Source: an uncultured bacterium (GTDB taxonomy: Bacteria; Planctomycetota; UBA1135; GCA-002686595). Taken from it: a DNA stretch of 64,000 bases. The position numbers and the translations under genes were made by a program. The stretch's first letter is position 1; each line of letters opens with the position of its first letter. A model generated the notes under the pieces. It was not told where the DNA came from, made no database searches, and saw only the letters and a program-made list of their open reading frames with translations. The stretch lies in contig CALSNU010000001.1 of the NCBI GenBank assembly GCA_943787795.1, positions 640,001 to 704,000 on the forward strand, written 5' to 3'. Below are positions 10,886 to 21,214 of this stretch, piece by piece.

Positions 10886-11246
10886 ATGTGGCTTGCGCCC
10901 TCGGGAGCCGTGAGGAGGCGCTGCGGGGCCCTGCTGGCGATCTTGTGTCTCGCCGGTGTCCTCCGGGCGGCCTCTCGGGGCCTCTTGAGCCCGACCGTGG
11001 GAGTCCTCGTGATCGGGTCAGCTCAGGCCTTGCCGCCAGCGGCCGTCCTGGACCGGGCCCCAGGGTTCGATCGGTGGGCCAGCTACGAGGGGGGGCCACT
11101 TGGAGGTGGCCTTCATCATCGAGGGCGAGGCCGTCTCTGCGGGGTGCCCTTGGGACCGGGAGGTGACCCCAAGGAGCCGCGGCAATGCGGGTCCGCGGTC
11201 CTCGACGTCCCGGGGTAGCTTGCCCGGACGGCGCGTCGAGCGATGA
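10886..11246 (+). pseudogene. Possible small membrane protein interrupted by a frameshift in a G7 run (11089-11095)
   Basis: GGAGGT SD before ATG 10886 and hydrophobic N-terminus. Removing one G continues into high-GC3 codons HLEVAFIIEGEAVSAG to TGA 11246. Confidence 0.3.
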
Positions 11247-11253
11247 AACAGGA

Positions 11254-11286
11254 ACGGGGCCCCGCGCTGCTTGCGCGGGGCCCCGT
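11254..11286 (-). terminator. Probable intrinsic terminator of clpC
   Basis: Perfect 14-bp inverted repeat ACGGGGCCCCGCGC-5nt-GCGCGGGGCCCCGT, 35 nt past the clpC stop, followed on the minus strand by TCCTGTTTC. Confidence 0.7.
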
Positions 11287-11321
11287 CCCTTGGCCGAATG
11301 GCTGCCCTCAAGGGGCTTTGC

Positions 11322-13856
11322 TCACTCGTTGGCGGCCTTCATGGCCTCGCGGATGATCGGCGCTTCGTCCAGGAACTCAAGCCCGGCGTCCTCATCGGCG
11401 TCCGGCGCTCGATCGATCCACACCTTGGACTGATCCTCGAACTTCCCTCGCAGGAGGTGCTCGGCGAGCGGGTCCTCGATGTGGCGTTCGATGGCTCGAC
11501 GGAGCGGCCGTGCGCCGTAGTCCTCGTGGAAGCCCTTGTTGATGAGGAAGTCGATCGCGCTCTTGGTGAGCTCGACCTCGATGTCGTGATCGGCGAGCCG
11601 CGCCCGGACCTCGTCCAGTTGCAGGTGGACGATGCGGGAGAGGTCCACGTTCGTGAGCGGGTTGAACACGATGGCCTCGTCAACTCGGTTGAGGAACTCG
11701 GGGCGGAAGTGCCGCTCGACCTCCACCATGACGTCCGAGCGCATCTTCTTCTTGCGGTCGCCGGCGTCTGCGGACGCCTGGTCGAACCGGCCAAAGCCGA
11801 GCTGGGCGCCGGCCTTCATCGTGTGCGAGCCGAGGTTGCTCGTCATGATGAGGATGACGTTCTTGAAGTCGACGTGGCGGCCGAACGAGTCGGTCAGGCG
11901 CCCCTCCTCCATGATCTGGAGGAGCATGTTGAACACGTCGGGGTGGGCCTTCTCGATCTCGTCGAGGAGCACGACCGAGTAGGGGCGACGGCGCACCTTC
12001 TCAGTGAGCTGGCCGCCCTCCTCGTAGCCGACGTAGCCCGGAGGCGCGCCGACGAGGCGCGAGGCGTTGTGCTTCTCCATGTACTCGCTCATGTCCATCG
12101 TGATGACGTTGTCCTCGTCACCGAACATGAACTTCGCAAGCTGCTTGCAGAGGTAGGTCTTGCCGACGCCGGACGGGCCGAGGAACAGGAACGTGCCCAT
12201 GGGGCGGCGCGGGTCCTTGAGGCCAGAGCGGGAGCGGCGGACCGAGCGGGCGATGGCCGCGATGGCGTCGTCCTGGTTGATGACGATCGAGCTGAGCTCG
12301 GCCTCCATCTGGAGCAGGCGCTCGGCCTCCGCCTTCTCGAGGCGCGTCAGCGGGATGCCGGTCATCTTGGAGACCGTCTCCTGGATGACGTCGATGTCGA
12401 CCTCGCCGACGGACTCCTTCTCCTGCTGCTCCTCGCGCCACTCGTCCTGGATCTGCTCCTTCTTCTTCTTGAGCTGGTACGCCTGGTCGCGCAGCTGGGC
12501 GGCACGTTCGAAGTCCTGGGACGCGACGGCTTCATCCTTGTCGAGGTCGAGCTGCTCGATCTCCTTGGTGGTCTCGCGCAGGTCGGGCGGCGGGACCATG
12601 GACTTGATCCGCACCCGGGCGCCGGCCTCGTCCATCACGTCGATGGCCTTGTCCGGGAGGAACCGGTTGTTGATGTAGCGCGTCGAGAGCTCGACGGCGT
12701 TCTCAAGGGCTTCGTCCGTGTAGTTGACCCGGTGGTGGGCCTCATACCGGTCGCGCAGACCCTTGAGGATCGCGACGGCCTGCTCCGGGCTGGGCGGCTC
12801 GACGTTGACCGACTGGAAGCGACGCTCCAGTGCGCCGTCCTTCTCGATGTGCTTGCGGTACTCGTCGAGGGTCGTAGCGCCGATGCACTGGATCTCGCCG
12901 CGGCTGAGGGCCGGCTTCAGCACGTTGGAGGCGTCAATCGCGCCCTCTGCGCCGCCGGCTCCCACCAGGGTGTGCAGCTCATCGATGAAGAGGACGACGT
13001 CCTTCACGCGGCGGACCTCGGTCATGACCGCCTTGATGCGCTCCTCGAACTGGCCGCGGTACTTCGTGCCAGCGACCATGAGGGCGAGGTCGAGAACGAC
13101 CATGCGCTTGCCGCGCAAGATCTCGGGCACCGTGCCATCGACGATCTGCTGGGCGAGGCCCTCGACGATGGCGGTTTTTCCAACGCCAGGCTCACCGAGC
13201 AGGACGGGGTTGTTCTTCGTGCGGCGTGAGAGGATCTGGACCACCCGCTCGATCTCGAGCTCCCGCCCGATGACGACATCGAGCTTGCCCTCACCGGCGA
13301 GCTCGGTCAGGTCACGGCCAAAGCTGTCGAGCGCCGGGGTCTTCGACTTCGAGTTCCCGGACTGTCCGCTGGGACCCTCCTCGCCGACGCCGGTCTCGTC
13401 GTCCTCATCGTCCGCGGTGTCGGCGCCGAGGAAGTCGAGGACCTCCTCGCGGACGTCCTCCAGCTTCACGCCGAGGTTGAGCAGGACCTGGGCGGCGATG
13501 CCCTCGTTCTCCTTGATCAGGCCGAGGAGCAGGTGCTCGGTCCCGATGTAGTTGTGGCCGAGGTTGCCAGCCTCCTCCATGGAGAGCTCCAGCACCTTCT
13601 TGGCGCGGGGGGTGAAGGGCAGCTGCCCCATGGTCACCATGGAAGGACCGGTCTTGACGATCTTCTCCACCTCCATGCGGATCTTGTTCAGGTCAATCCC
13701 CATGTTCTTGAGGACATTGGCGGCGACGCCGCTGCCCTCCTGAACGAGGCCGAGGAGGATGTGCTCCGTGCCGAGGTACTCGTGGTTGAACCGCTGCGCC
13801 TCCTGGCGAGCGAGGTTCATGACCTTCTTGGCGCGGTCCGTGAAACGATCGAACAT
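11322..13856 (-). CDS. clpC: ATP-dependent Clp protease ATP-binding subunit ClpC
   Basis: Two Clp_N repeats (TEHILLGL / TEHLLLGL), [17 protein letters not shown] middle domain ([11 protein letters not shown]), [22 protein letters not shown]. Confidence 0.97.
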   Translation of the reverse strand: MFDRFTDRAKKVMNLARQEAQRFNHEYLGTEHILLGLVQEGSGVAANVLKNMGIDLNKIRMEVEKIVKTGPSMVTMGQLPFTPRAKKVLELSMEEAGNLGHNYIGTEHLLLGLIKENEGIAAQVLLNLGVKLEDVREEVLDFLGADTADDEDDETGVGEEGPSGQSGNSKSKTPALDSFGRDLTELAGEGKLDVVIGRELEIERVVQILSRRTKNNPVLLGEPGVGKTAIVEGLAQQIVDGTVPEILRGKRMVVLDLALMVAGTKYRGQFEERIKAVMTEVRRVKDVVLFIDELHTLVGAGGAEGAIDASNVLKPALSRGEIQCIGATTLDEYRKHIEKDGALERRFQSVNVEPPSPEQAVAILKGLRDRYEAHHRVNYTDEALENAVELSTRYINNRFLPDKAIDVMDEAGARVRIKSMVPPPDLRETTKEIEQLDLDKDEAVASQDFERAAQLRDQAYQLKKKKEQIQDEWREEQQEKESVGEVDIDVIQETVSKMTGIPLTRLEKAEAERLLQMEAELSSIVINQDDAIAAIARSVRRSRSGLKDPRRPMGTFLFLGPSGVGKTYLCKQLAKFMFGDEDNVITMDMSEYMEKHNASRLVGAPPGYVGYEEGGQLTEKVRRRPYSVVLLDEIEKAHPDVFNMLLQIMEEGRLTDSFGRHVDFKNVILIMTSNLGSHTMKAGAQLGFGRFDQASADAGDRKKKMRSDVMVEVERHFRPEFLNRVDEAIVFNPLTNVDLSRIVHLQLDEVRARLADHDIEVELTKSAIDFLINKGFHEDYGARPLRRAIERHIEDPLAEHLLRGKFEDQSKVWIDRAPDADEDAGLEFLDEAPIIREAMKAANE

Positions 13857-13987
13857 GCTTGTCGTGTGGTGTCTTCCGGGGGCCCCGTGGGGACCGACCC
13901 CACCTGGGGCGGCCTCGAGGGTCCTGGGAGCGGTGGTTGATTGCCCGTGCTGGCGGCGGTGTCGGGCGGGTGCGGGAGGGGCAGAAC

Positions 13988-14016
13988 CTCTTGGGTTCTA
14001 TTCTTCGGCCTTCAAG
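13988..14016 (-). promoter_or_regulatory. Possible sigma32-like heat-shock promoter for clpC
   Basis: Minus strand CTTGAA-N15-CCCAAGAG, similar to CTTGAA-N13-17-CCCCATNT but with an imperfect -10. Confidence 0.25.
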
Positions 14017-14434
14017 GCCCAGGAGTTGACGGTCCGTCCTCCAGACTGCTCTGGGCGGCCCTTGACGGCCCCGCCACTGGGGCCCAGGAGGACTTCGGTA
14101 CGCTCGAAAATTCGGGGGCGGTGGTGCGGACCCTGCGGATCAACCGCCCCTCCGAGGATGATGCCATCCGGCTCCCGAAGGTCCAAGGACGGCCGCCTGG
14201 CTCCGGGGACCTGCATGAGCGAGCGCATGGGGCCGCCCCCTGAGCCCGGCCCTGGCGAGTCGAGACCTGCCGACTGGCACAAGGAGTCGCTGGGGTGGGG
14301 AGGCAGACCTGGGGCCACGTGGAGGCCGGGCCGGACTCAAGGGCGCCGACGCCCCCTGGGGGCTCTGCACCTGCCGGGCGGTTCCCGGGGCCGCACGAGG
14401 GAGGCTGGGGGTCGGAACCCGCGTCTCTCGGGGC

Positions 14435-14995
14435 TCAGGAGGGCGACGCGGACTCCTCGTCCGCGGCCGCATCGAGCTCTTCGGTCAGGCGCTGAACCTC
14501 GTCGCGCAGCTCGGCAGCTCGCTCGAAGTTCTCCTCCTTGATGGCCCGATCGAGCTCCCCCTCGGCCTCCTCGATCCGGCGCTGGCGCTGGTTCGCCTCG
14601 GGGCATTGCCCGGGGATGCGTCCGGCGTGGGTCGAGGCCCCGTGCATTCGCTCGAGGAGCCCCTCAAGGTAGTCGGAGAAGACCTCGTAGCACTCGCTAC
14701 AGCCGAGACGGCCCTTGCGGCGCAGGCTATCCTCGGTCGTCCCGCAGCCCGGGCACTTGCGGACGCTCTTCGGGGCGTGCTTCTTCGCCTTCAGGGCTGA
14801 CATCTGCAGCAGCTTCCAGACCTCGTCCATCGGCTTGTGCTGTACCTCTCCGCCCGGGAGCTCCATCTCCTGAGCGCAGGTCTCGCAGAGGTGATGCTGC
14901 TCCACCTGGTTGCCGGACTCGCCGGGGCCCAGGAAGTTCTGGACCTCGTCGATGTGGACCGTGGCGTTCGTTTTTTGGCACTGCTGGCAGAGCAT
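14435..14995 (-). CDS. mcsA: McsA-like protein (arginine kinase activator / ClpC adaptor)
   Basis: Four CxxC motifs (CQQC, CETC, CPGC, CSEC), GRLGC, HGASTHAGRIP, C-terminal UVR motif ENFERAAELRD. Confidence 0.88.
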   Translation of the reverse strand: MLCQQCQKTNATVHIDEVQNFLGPGESGNQVEQHHLCETCAQEMELPGGEVQHKPMDEVWKLLQMSALKAKKHAPKSVRKCPGCGTTEDSLRRKGRLGCSECYEVFSDYLEGLLERMHGASTHAGRIPGQCPEANQRQRRIEEAEGELDRAIKEENFERAAELRDEVQRLTEELDAAADEESASPS

Positions 14996-15153
14996 TCTGA
15001 ATCGGGGCTCATCACCCCGCCCCTCCGTCTTAGGCGTGGGCGGTGGCGCGGTCAATAGGGGGAGTCAGATCGTTCGCGGTGGAGGGACGCATCGGTCGAT
15101 GTGCTCGCGACGCACAGACTCAAGACGGGGCCCCTGCGCGGCCTCTTCGGAGC

Positions 15154-16638
15154 TCAGGGCTGTATTCCCCCGGAGTCACCGGCGTCCAGGGGCTCCTGGG
15201 GGCCAAGGGCGGAGAGGACCCCACGGAACGCCATGGCGCGCTCCTTGAAGTTGGCATAGCGGTCGAACGACGCGCAGGCGGGAGAGAACAGCACCGTCTG
15301 GGCTCCGTCTCGCTCGGCGATGGCCATGGCTCGGTGGGCGGCGTCCTCCGCTGAGGCACATCCGGGGCCGCTGTCCACGGCTGCTCCCGCACTCTGCGCG
15401 GCGCGAGAGAGCTCGGCGGCAGCCGCTCCGAAGGGCACCATGACCCAGTCCCCGTGCTCGGCCAGGCCCCGGGCGAGGGGCTCGAGGCTGACGCCACGCT
15501 TGGCTTGCCCGCCTGCCACGAGGATGGCGCGGCCCCCGGTGGGCACGCTCTCCAACGCGGAGAGCGTGGACTCCGGCGTCGTCGAGACTCCGTTATCGAT
15601 CACCTCGACCGTCCCGCCGCCGGCCCTGAACTTGCCGAGGGACTCCATGCGGTGGCTGAGCCCGTGGAGGTCGGGGATCGCGTCTCGGAGTGCCTCCGCT
15701 CGGAGCCCAAGCTGCAGCCCCGCGGCCAGCGCGACGAGCAGGTTGGCTCGCTGGAACTCCCCGGGCACGTCGAGCGCAGAGGCGTCGGCCACATGGCGCG
15801 CCTGCCCCCCTGTCAGGTCGACGGCCTCGGCCCCATGGAGCCGAAAGTCCCCGCCCTCGCCATGGGTCACCAGGCGTTCCGAGGTGTGCGCTCGGGCCAG
15901 CTCGGCGACCTCCCCGTGGGGGGCGATGGCAATACCGCCTTCCCGGACGAGGCTCATGAGCCGGAGCTTGGCGTCACGGTAGCGCGCCGCGGTTCCATGG
16001 CGCTCGAGGTGATCGATTCCGATGTTGGTGATGGCGGCGACGTCGATCGACCTCTTGATGCCCTGGGGGAGGTGTTCCAGCTGGTAGGACGACAGTTCGA
16101 GTACGAGCACATCGTGTTCGGAGAGGTCCTCGACGTCCTCAAGCAGCGAGCCGCCGATGTTGCCGCCCAGCAAGCACCGTCCCGGGGCGTCCAGCGCCGA
16201 TGCGATCAGGTCCCTGGCGAAGGTCGCCGTCGAGGACTTGCCGTGCGTACCGGTGATCGCCACCACCCGGGCCCGGCTCCGCTCGAGAAGCAGAGCGGTG
16301 GCGGTGGTGATCTGGGCGCCGACGGATCTCGCCCGCTGGATCCACGGGGACGTGGGGGGAACGGCTGGATTGACAATGAGGACATCCGTCTCCTCGAAGT
16401 CCTCCTTCCGGTGCCCACCGAGGGAGAGGTGAACCGGGTGCGGAGACCGCAACTCCTCCAGGTCTCGCGCGACCGAGCCCAGGGCGTCGCGGCCCTTCTG
16501 GTCGGTCACGGTCACCCTCGCGCCCTGGCGGAGGGCCCAGCGCGCAGCGCCGGCGCCTCCTCCGAAGAGGCCGAGGCCCATCACGGTGACGCGCCGTCCC
16601 GCCAGGCTCTCCGCCTCGTCCAGGGGGCCGCAGCTCAT
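15154..16638 (-). CDS. murD: UDP-N-acetylmuramoyl-L-alanine--D-glutamate ligase
   Basis: VMGLGLFGGG, ITGTHGKSST, GGNIG, ELSSYQL, DHLERH, HRME, FSPACASFD..NFKER. Confidence 0.92.
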   Translation of the reverse strand: MSCGPLDEAESLAGRRVTVMGLGLFGGGAGAARWALRQGARVTVTDQKGRDALGSVARDLEELRSPHPVHLSLGGHRKEDFEETDVLIVNPAVPPTSPWIQRARSVGAQITTATALLLERSRARVVAITGTHGKSSTATFARDLIASALDAPGRCLLGGNIGGSLLEDVEDLSEHDVLVLELSSYQLEHLPQGIKRSIDVAAITNIGIDHLERHGTAARYRDAKLRLMSLVREGGIAIAPHGEVAELARAHTSERLVTHGEGGDFRLHGAEAVDLTGGQARHVADASALDVPGEFQRANLLVALAAGLQLGLRAEALRDAIPDLHGLSHRMESLGKFRAGGGTVEVIDNGVSTTPESTLSALESVPTGGRAILVAGGQAKRGVSLEPLARGLAEHGDWVMVPFGAAAAELSRAAQSAGAAVDSGPGCASAEDAAHRAMAIAERDGAQTVLFSPACASFDRYANFKERAMAFRGVLSALGPQEPLDAGDSGGIQP

Positions 16639-17171
16639 CTTCCCGTTCCGTCAGGCGCGGCCGTGGCCGTCACGGACGCCTCTGAGGTCCCCGGCTGCTC
16701 TCGCTCTTGCTGCACGGCTTCGGCCTGCGCGCGCGCCTCGCTTCGCACTTGTATGGCCTCTTCGATGAAGGAGGCGGTGACGGGCTCCGCCACTTCACCC
16801 GTCGCGGGGTCCAGGACGGTGTGGACCTCTCGGCGGTCGTGGATGCGAATGGGGTTGAGGATCTCGGTGAAGATGTCGATCGGGAAGTAGCTCCACCAGC
16901 GGGCCTTGAGCTCCAGGGGCTCGCTGTAGAGCCGGTAGCCAGAGCGATACATCGTGAGGCTCCGGGTGCCGTAATGGTCGATCTCGATCTCCACGGGGGT
17001 GACGCCTACCGGCTGGCCGTCGAGCCGGACCTCGGCCCCAACAGGGGTGGAGGTGAGCCGCAGGGTCCGCTCGCCGCGGCAGCCCGCGAGCGCAGCCAGC
17101 GCGAGGATCGAGATGAGGGCCTCCGCCCCCGTGCGGCGGCGTCGCGAGCGCCGAAGTTGGGCCTGACTCAT
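16635..17171 (-). CDS. PEGA-domain lipoprotein
   Basis: LAGC lipobox; LTSTPVGAEVRLDGQPVGVTP; ATGA overlap with murD. Confidence 0.85.
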   Translation of the reverse strand: MSQAQLRRSRRRRTGAEALISILALAALAGCRGERTLRLTSTPVGAEVRLDGQPVGVTPVEIEIDHYGTRSLTMYRSGYRLYSEPLELKARWWSYFPIDIFTEILNPIRIHDRREVHTVLDPATGEVAEPVTASFIEEAIQVRSEARAQAEAVQQEREQPGTSEASVTATAAPDGTGR

Positions 17172-17327
17172 GCCTCGGAGGATGCGGACCCAGAGCGCCT
17201 TGATCCCGCGGATTCCCTGGAAACAAGCGCGGGCTCACGAAGCGCGGGATGGGGGCGCCTTGGCCGCAGAATTTGACGCTAGGATCTCGCCCGAGTTCTC
17301 CCCAACGAATCAGCGCTCTCCACCCAG

Positions 17328-18467
17328 ATGACTCGTCGCTTTCTGATCGCCAGCCTCGCCCTCACCGTTGCGCCTTCGTGTGGCAGCGTGTCGAACTTCC
17401 TGGAGAACCAGGCTCCCGTGGATGGGATGACCGTCACTCCAGCGGCCCAGGACGCGGCCCCCTCGGCCGAGGTGACCTTGCGGGTGGACGACGGAGCGGA
17501 CTGGATCCAGATCGTCTCGGGAGAATGGCTCCGCGGCGAGATCCTCAGGGTCCGGGACGACAGCCTCGACTTCGACAGCGACGAGCTCGACGAGCAGACC
17601 TTCGACTTCAGCGACGTCCTGCGGATCATCAGCCCGCACCACCAGGTGGTGCTGACGGAGGACGGGCGGATCTTCGAGGGACGGCTCTCCGTGGACGAGT
17701 CGTCCATCTGGATTGAAGGCGACAAGACCGTGAAGATCCCCCGCTCCGAGATGCTGTCGGTTCTGGCCGTGGAGGGCGGCGGGAACTCGACCTGGTCCGG
17801 AGAGGTGACGGCGGGCATCGCGATCCGTTCGGGTAACACGGACCAGGTCGACTACTCGACGGTCCTCGCCGCGACCCGGGAGACCGCGCGGACAAGGTGG
17901 GCGAGTCGGTACAGCGGCGCCGCCAGCGAGGTCAGCGGCACGGAGACGGCGAACAACCACAGGCTCGGGAGCACCTATGACGTCTTCATCACCAAGCGCA
18001 CGTTCTTCACTGTCCCCGGCGTCGACATCTATCGGGATCCCTTCCAGAACATCGGGCTCCGAGTGACACCCTACGCAGCGGTCGGATACGAGCTCGTCGA
18101 CACCGCCGATCACTCGCTCTCACTGAGCGCCGGTCCTGCATTTCAGTATCAGCGCTTCGACTCGGAGCTGGGCTCTGGTGAGTCGACGGATAACTCCTTT
18201 GCGGGCGTCCTGTCGACCCTCTACGACTGGGACATCACTGGAGATGTCGAGCTCAGCGCCAAGTACAACATCACGTTCCCGATTCCCGATGTGCAGGAGT
18301 ACAACCACAACGTGGTGGGGACGCTCTCGGTGGACCTGGTTGGAGACCTCGACCTGGACCTCTCGATGACTTGGGACCGGATCAACTCGCCGGAGGCGAA
18401 CTCGAGCGGGGTGGTGCCCAAGAAAGACGACTTCCGCATCACGGTCGGAGTTGGGTGGACGTTCTGA
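17328..18467 (+). CDS. DUF481-family outer-membrane beta-barrel protein
   Basis: N-terminal signal/lipobox, SGNT motif, D-x-F-x-N-I-x-L-R, alternating beta pattern, C-terminal VGVGWTF. Confidence 0.8.
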   Translation: MTRRFLIASLALTVAPSCGSVSNFLENQAPVDGMTVTPAAQDAAPSAEVTLRVDDGADWIQIVSGEWLRGEILRVRDDSLDFDSDELDEQTFDFSDVLRIISPHHQVVLTEDGRIFEGRLSVDESSIWIEGDKTVKIPRSEMLSVLAVEGGGNSTWSGEVTAGIAIRSGNTDQVDYSTVLAATRETARTRWASRYSGAASEVSGTETANNHRLGSTYDVFITKRTFFTVPGVDIYRDPFQNIGLRVTPYAAVGYELVDTADHSLSLSAGPAFQYQRFDSELGSGESTDNSFAGVLSTLYDWDITGDVELSAKYNITFPIPDVQEYNHNVVGTLSVDLVGDLDLDLSMTWDRINSPEANSSGVVPKKDDFRITVGVGWTF

Positions 18468-18631
18468 GTCGCGCTGTGCTCGTGACGTGAAGGGGTCTTC
18501 TCGCAGCAGGTGCTTGCGGGCCGTGCAGTGACCCTGCCTCAACGCTCGAATTGGCCGCTTGAAGGAGCTGCGGGACGCGGCCCCGTTCGAGCCTGAGCCC
18601 GAGGCACTCGGCGGACCGCCCGGCAGGTGGG

Positions 18632-18667
18632 CCCGGAAGCGGACCCGGAAGCGGACCCGGAAGCGGA
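18632..18667. repeat. 12-bp tandem repeat CCCGGAAGCGGA x3
   Basis: Three exact copies in intergenic DNA downstream of tRNA-Ser(GCT). Confidence 0.85.
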
Positions 18668-18876
18668 GGCGGATGACGCGGTCCCGAGCTGGCCTGGCCT
18701 GTGCCCACGGAGCGCGCTCGAGCGGCCTGGCCCGACGACCTGCGGCTCGTTCTGCCGCTGGAAGGCTCGCGCCGCCTCAGACCGCGCGACTCCCGTTCGG
18801 ATGGGGGCCGGACGGAAGCCGGATGGAGGCCACACGCATGTCCATGGGGGCCAGATCCATCCCGATGGGAGATGGG

Positions 18877-18966
18877 TGGCGGAGAGGGTGGGATTCGAAC
18901 CCACGGAACCCGCGAGGGCTCACCGCCTTAGCAAGGCGGCGCATTCGGCCACTCTGCCACCTCTCC
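18877..18966 (-). tRNA. tRNA-Ser(GCT)
   Basis: GGAGAGG acceptor stem, anticodon arm CCGCC-TTGCTAA-GGCGG, long variable arm, GTTCGAATC, discriminator G and encoded CCA. Confidence 0.97.
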
Positions 18967-19186
18967 GCACGGGCGGGGAGGATAGCGACCGCCGTGCCTC
19001 GTGGCTCCGATGAGTTTCTGGAAATCCAGGGGACGTATCCCGGAAGGAGGAATCATGGGAAAACCATCAAGGGGAGATCCAGATCGCCACAATGTCGTCC
19101 GAGGTGCTGCTTGGGCCCATGCGACCCCCGGCGCCCCCCGTGGGAGGGCTCGATGAGCATCCTGCGTGGACGCCTCAACTGCCCCA

Positions 19187-21184
19187 ATGTCCGATCACTC
19201 TCACACCTCTGACGCCGCGAGAGGCCACCTCGCGGGCGCCCCGGCGGCTCGCCAGGCGCCCTCGAGGGGAGAGCTGGGCCATGCCCTCTTCCGGCTCTGG
19301 CTGCTCAACGTGTTGGCCGGCACCCTGGTAGGGTCCCTCTGGTTCTTCGACGCGCCGGTCGATCGCGCGCCGTGGATCCGCGTCTACGTCTCGCTCGCCC
19401 TCGTCTCCTCGGTGGCGGTGCTCGCCCTGGTGCCTGGCGTGGTGTTCCTGGTCATCTGGCGCTGGATCAAGAGCTGGCGCCTCGCCTGCCTGCTCGCGGG
19501 CTTCGTTGGGGCGTGGTTCCTCGCGATCCTCTACACGGACACCATCGTCTACCGGCTGCTGCGCTATCACTTCTTCGACAGCGCTGTCCTCAACGTGGTC
19601 CTGACCAAAGGAAGCGGGGACTCGATTATCCTCGGCGCCTATGTATGGGAGACCGCCGGGCTTGTCATCGGCGGGTTGACGCTGATTCAGTGCCTCGTCT
19701 CGGCGTGGTTTGCGCGTCGGATCCAGGGGCTGAACGAGGTGGGCGTGCGCGGCAACCTCTTTCTGCAGCCGAAGACGGTGGTGGTGCTCGGGTTGCTTCC
19801 CACGCTCCTGTTCAGTCAATCGGTCAGCGCCGCCGCGGACGTCGCCCAGCACCGGGAGGCGCTGCGGGCGATCCAGCCGATCCCGGTGGTCCCGAGGGTC
19901 CGGCTGGGGCAGATCATCGAGCCTCTCCTCGAACCGGACGCCGCTCGGCCGCCGGAGATGGAGCTGCTGCCGGTGGACGCGACGCTCGACTGGCCCCACC
20001 AGCGCCCCGAGATCCCCGCCGACGCGCCAAGGAAGAACGTCTTCGTGTGCGTGCTCGATTCCTGGCGCCGGGACATGTTCGATCAGGAGCTGACCCCCAA
20101 CATCAGCGCCTTCGCAGAGGGGGCCCGGGTGTTCGAGGATCATCTCTCTGGCGGCAACGGGACGCGCTACGGCCTGTTCACGATGCTCTATGGGCTGCAC
20201 GGCTCCTACTGGTTCCCCGTGCTCGCCCAGCGTCGCGCCCCCGTCCTCGTCGAGGCGATGCAAGCTGCTGGCTACGACGTTCGGATCTTCTCCAGCGCCT
20301 CGATGAGCTTCCCGGAGTTCCGGGAGACCGCCTGGGTGGGCGTGGACGATCAATCGATCCTCGATTCCTTCCCGCCGGGCCTTGTTTCCTATCAAAAGGA
20401 CGAGCTGCTCGCGGAGGCGTTCGAGGGGTGGATGGAGCGCCGCCGCGTGACCCGAGATCAGCGGCCCTTCTTCGCGTTCGTCCTGGTCGACGCGCCTCAC
20501 CAGCCGTACGAGAACCCTGGCGGGCCCTTCTCGCCCTCGGTGGAGTCCCTCGACTACATCGAGCTAGGACGGACCACGGAGGGGCCCGAGCTTGTGGCGC
20601 TGCAGGAGCGGGTGATGAACGCCTACAAGAACTCGGTCGTGCACGCGGACCAGACCGCCGGCCGGCTGCTGGAGACCCTGAAGCGCGCGGGGGAGTCCGA
20701 CGACACGTACACGATCGTCACCGGCGACCACGGAGAGGAGTTCTTCGAGTGCGGCTTCTGGGGGCACACCTCGAACTTCTCGCCGCCTCAGGTCCAGGTC
20801 CCGTTCATCTTCAGGGGACCTGGCATCGAGCCTGGCCGCGAGCCGCGCCCCACGTCTCACCTCGACTTCTCCAGCACCATGCTCGAGCTGCTCGGCGCGG
20901 ACCCTGCGATGCGAGGAGGGTACAGCCTTGGCGCCGACCTCCTCGATCCGCCCCAGACGCGCGAGCGCGTCGTCGCGGGCTGGAGCGATATCGGCCTATG
21001 GACGGAGTCCGGGATCTTCGACATCCCGCTGACGGCTCCGGGAATCGGAGGCTGGGTTCAGGAGCTGGAGTGCTATGAGCTCCCGTGGGAACCCGTGGAG
21101 GACGTGGCCCTGCGATGCCGCACCGAGCGTTCGGCGCTCGAGCAGATGGCCCGCGAGTGCACGAAGTTCCTCAAGGTCCGCTAG
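19187..21184 (+). CDS. YejM/PbgA-like (DUF3413 + sulfatase fold) membrane phospho/sulfo-transferase or hydrolase
   Basis: About 5 N-terminal TM helices, then LDSWRRD, HLSGGNGTRYGLFTMLYG (Thr nucleophile position), DAPHQPY, TGDHGEEF, WGH. Confidence 0.8.
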   Translation: MSDHSHTSDAARGHLAGAPAARQAPSRGELGHALFRLWLLNVLAGTLVGSLWFFDAPVDRAPWIRVYVSLALVSSVAVLALVPGVVFLVIWRWIKSWRLACLLAGFVGAWFLAILYTDTIVYRLLRYHFFDSAVLNVVLTKGSGDSIILGAYVWETAGLVIGGLTLIQCLVSAWFARRIQGLNEVGVRGNLFLQPKTVVVLGLLPTLLFSQSVSAAADVAQHREALRAIQPIPVVPRVRLGQIIEPLLEPDAARPPEMELLPVDATLDWPHQRPEIPADAPRKNVFVCVLDSWRRDMFDQELTPNISAFAEGARVFEDHLSGGNGTRYGLFTMLYGLHGSYWFPVLAQRRAPVLVEAMQAAGYDVRIFSSASMSFPEFRETAWVGVDDQSILDSFPPGLVSYQKDELLAEAFEGWMERRRVTRDQRPFFAFVLVDAPHQPYENPGGPFSPSVESLDYIELGRTTEGPELVALQERVMNAYKNSVVHADQTAGRLLETLKRAGESDDTYTIVTGDHGEEFFECGFWGHTSNFSPPQVQVPFIFRGPGIEPGREPRPTSHLDFSSTMLELLGADPAMRGGYSLGADLLDPPQTRERVVAGWSDIGLWTESGIFDIPLTAPGIGGWVQELECYELPWEPVEDVALRCRTERSALEQMARECTKFLKVR

Positions 21185-21214
21185 TCCACTCCGCTTGTTC
21201 ACGCCGCCTAGACC

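Noticed and set aside
13998..14318. 106-aa ORF as an mcsB remnant
   Set aside because: No guanido-kinase motifs; Pro/Gly-rich random-like composition
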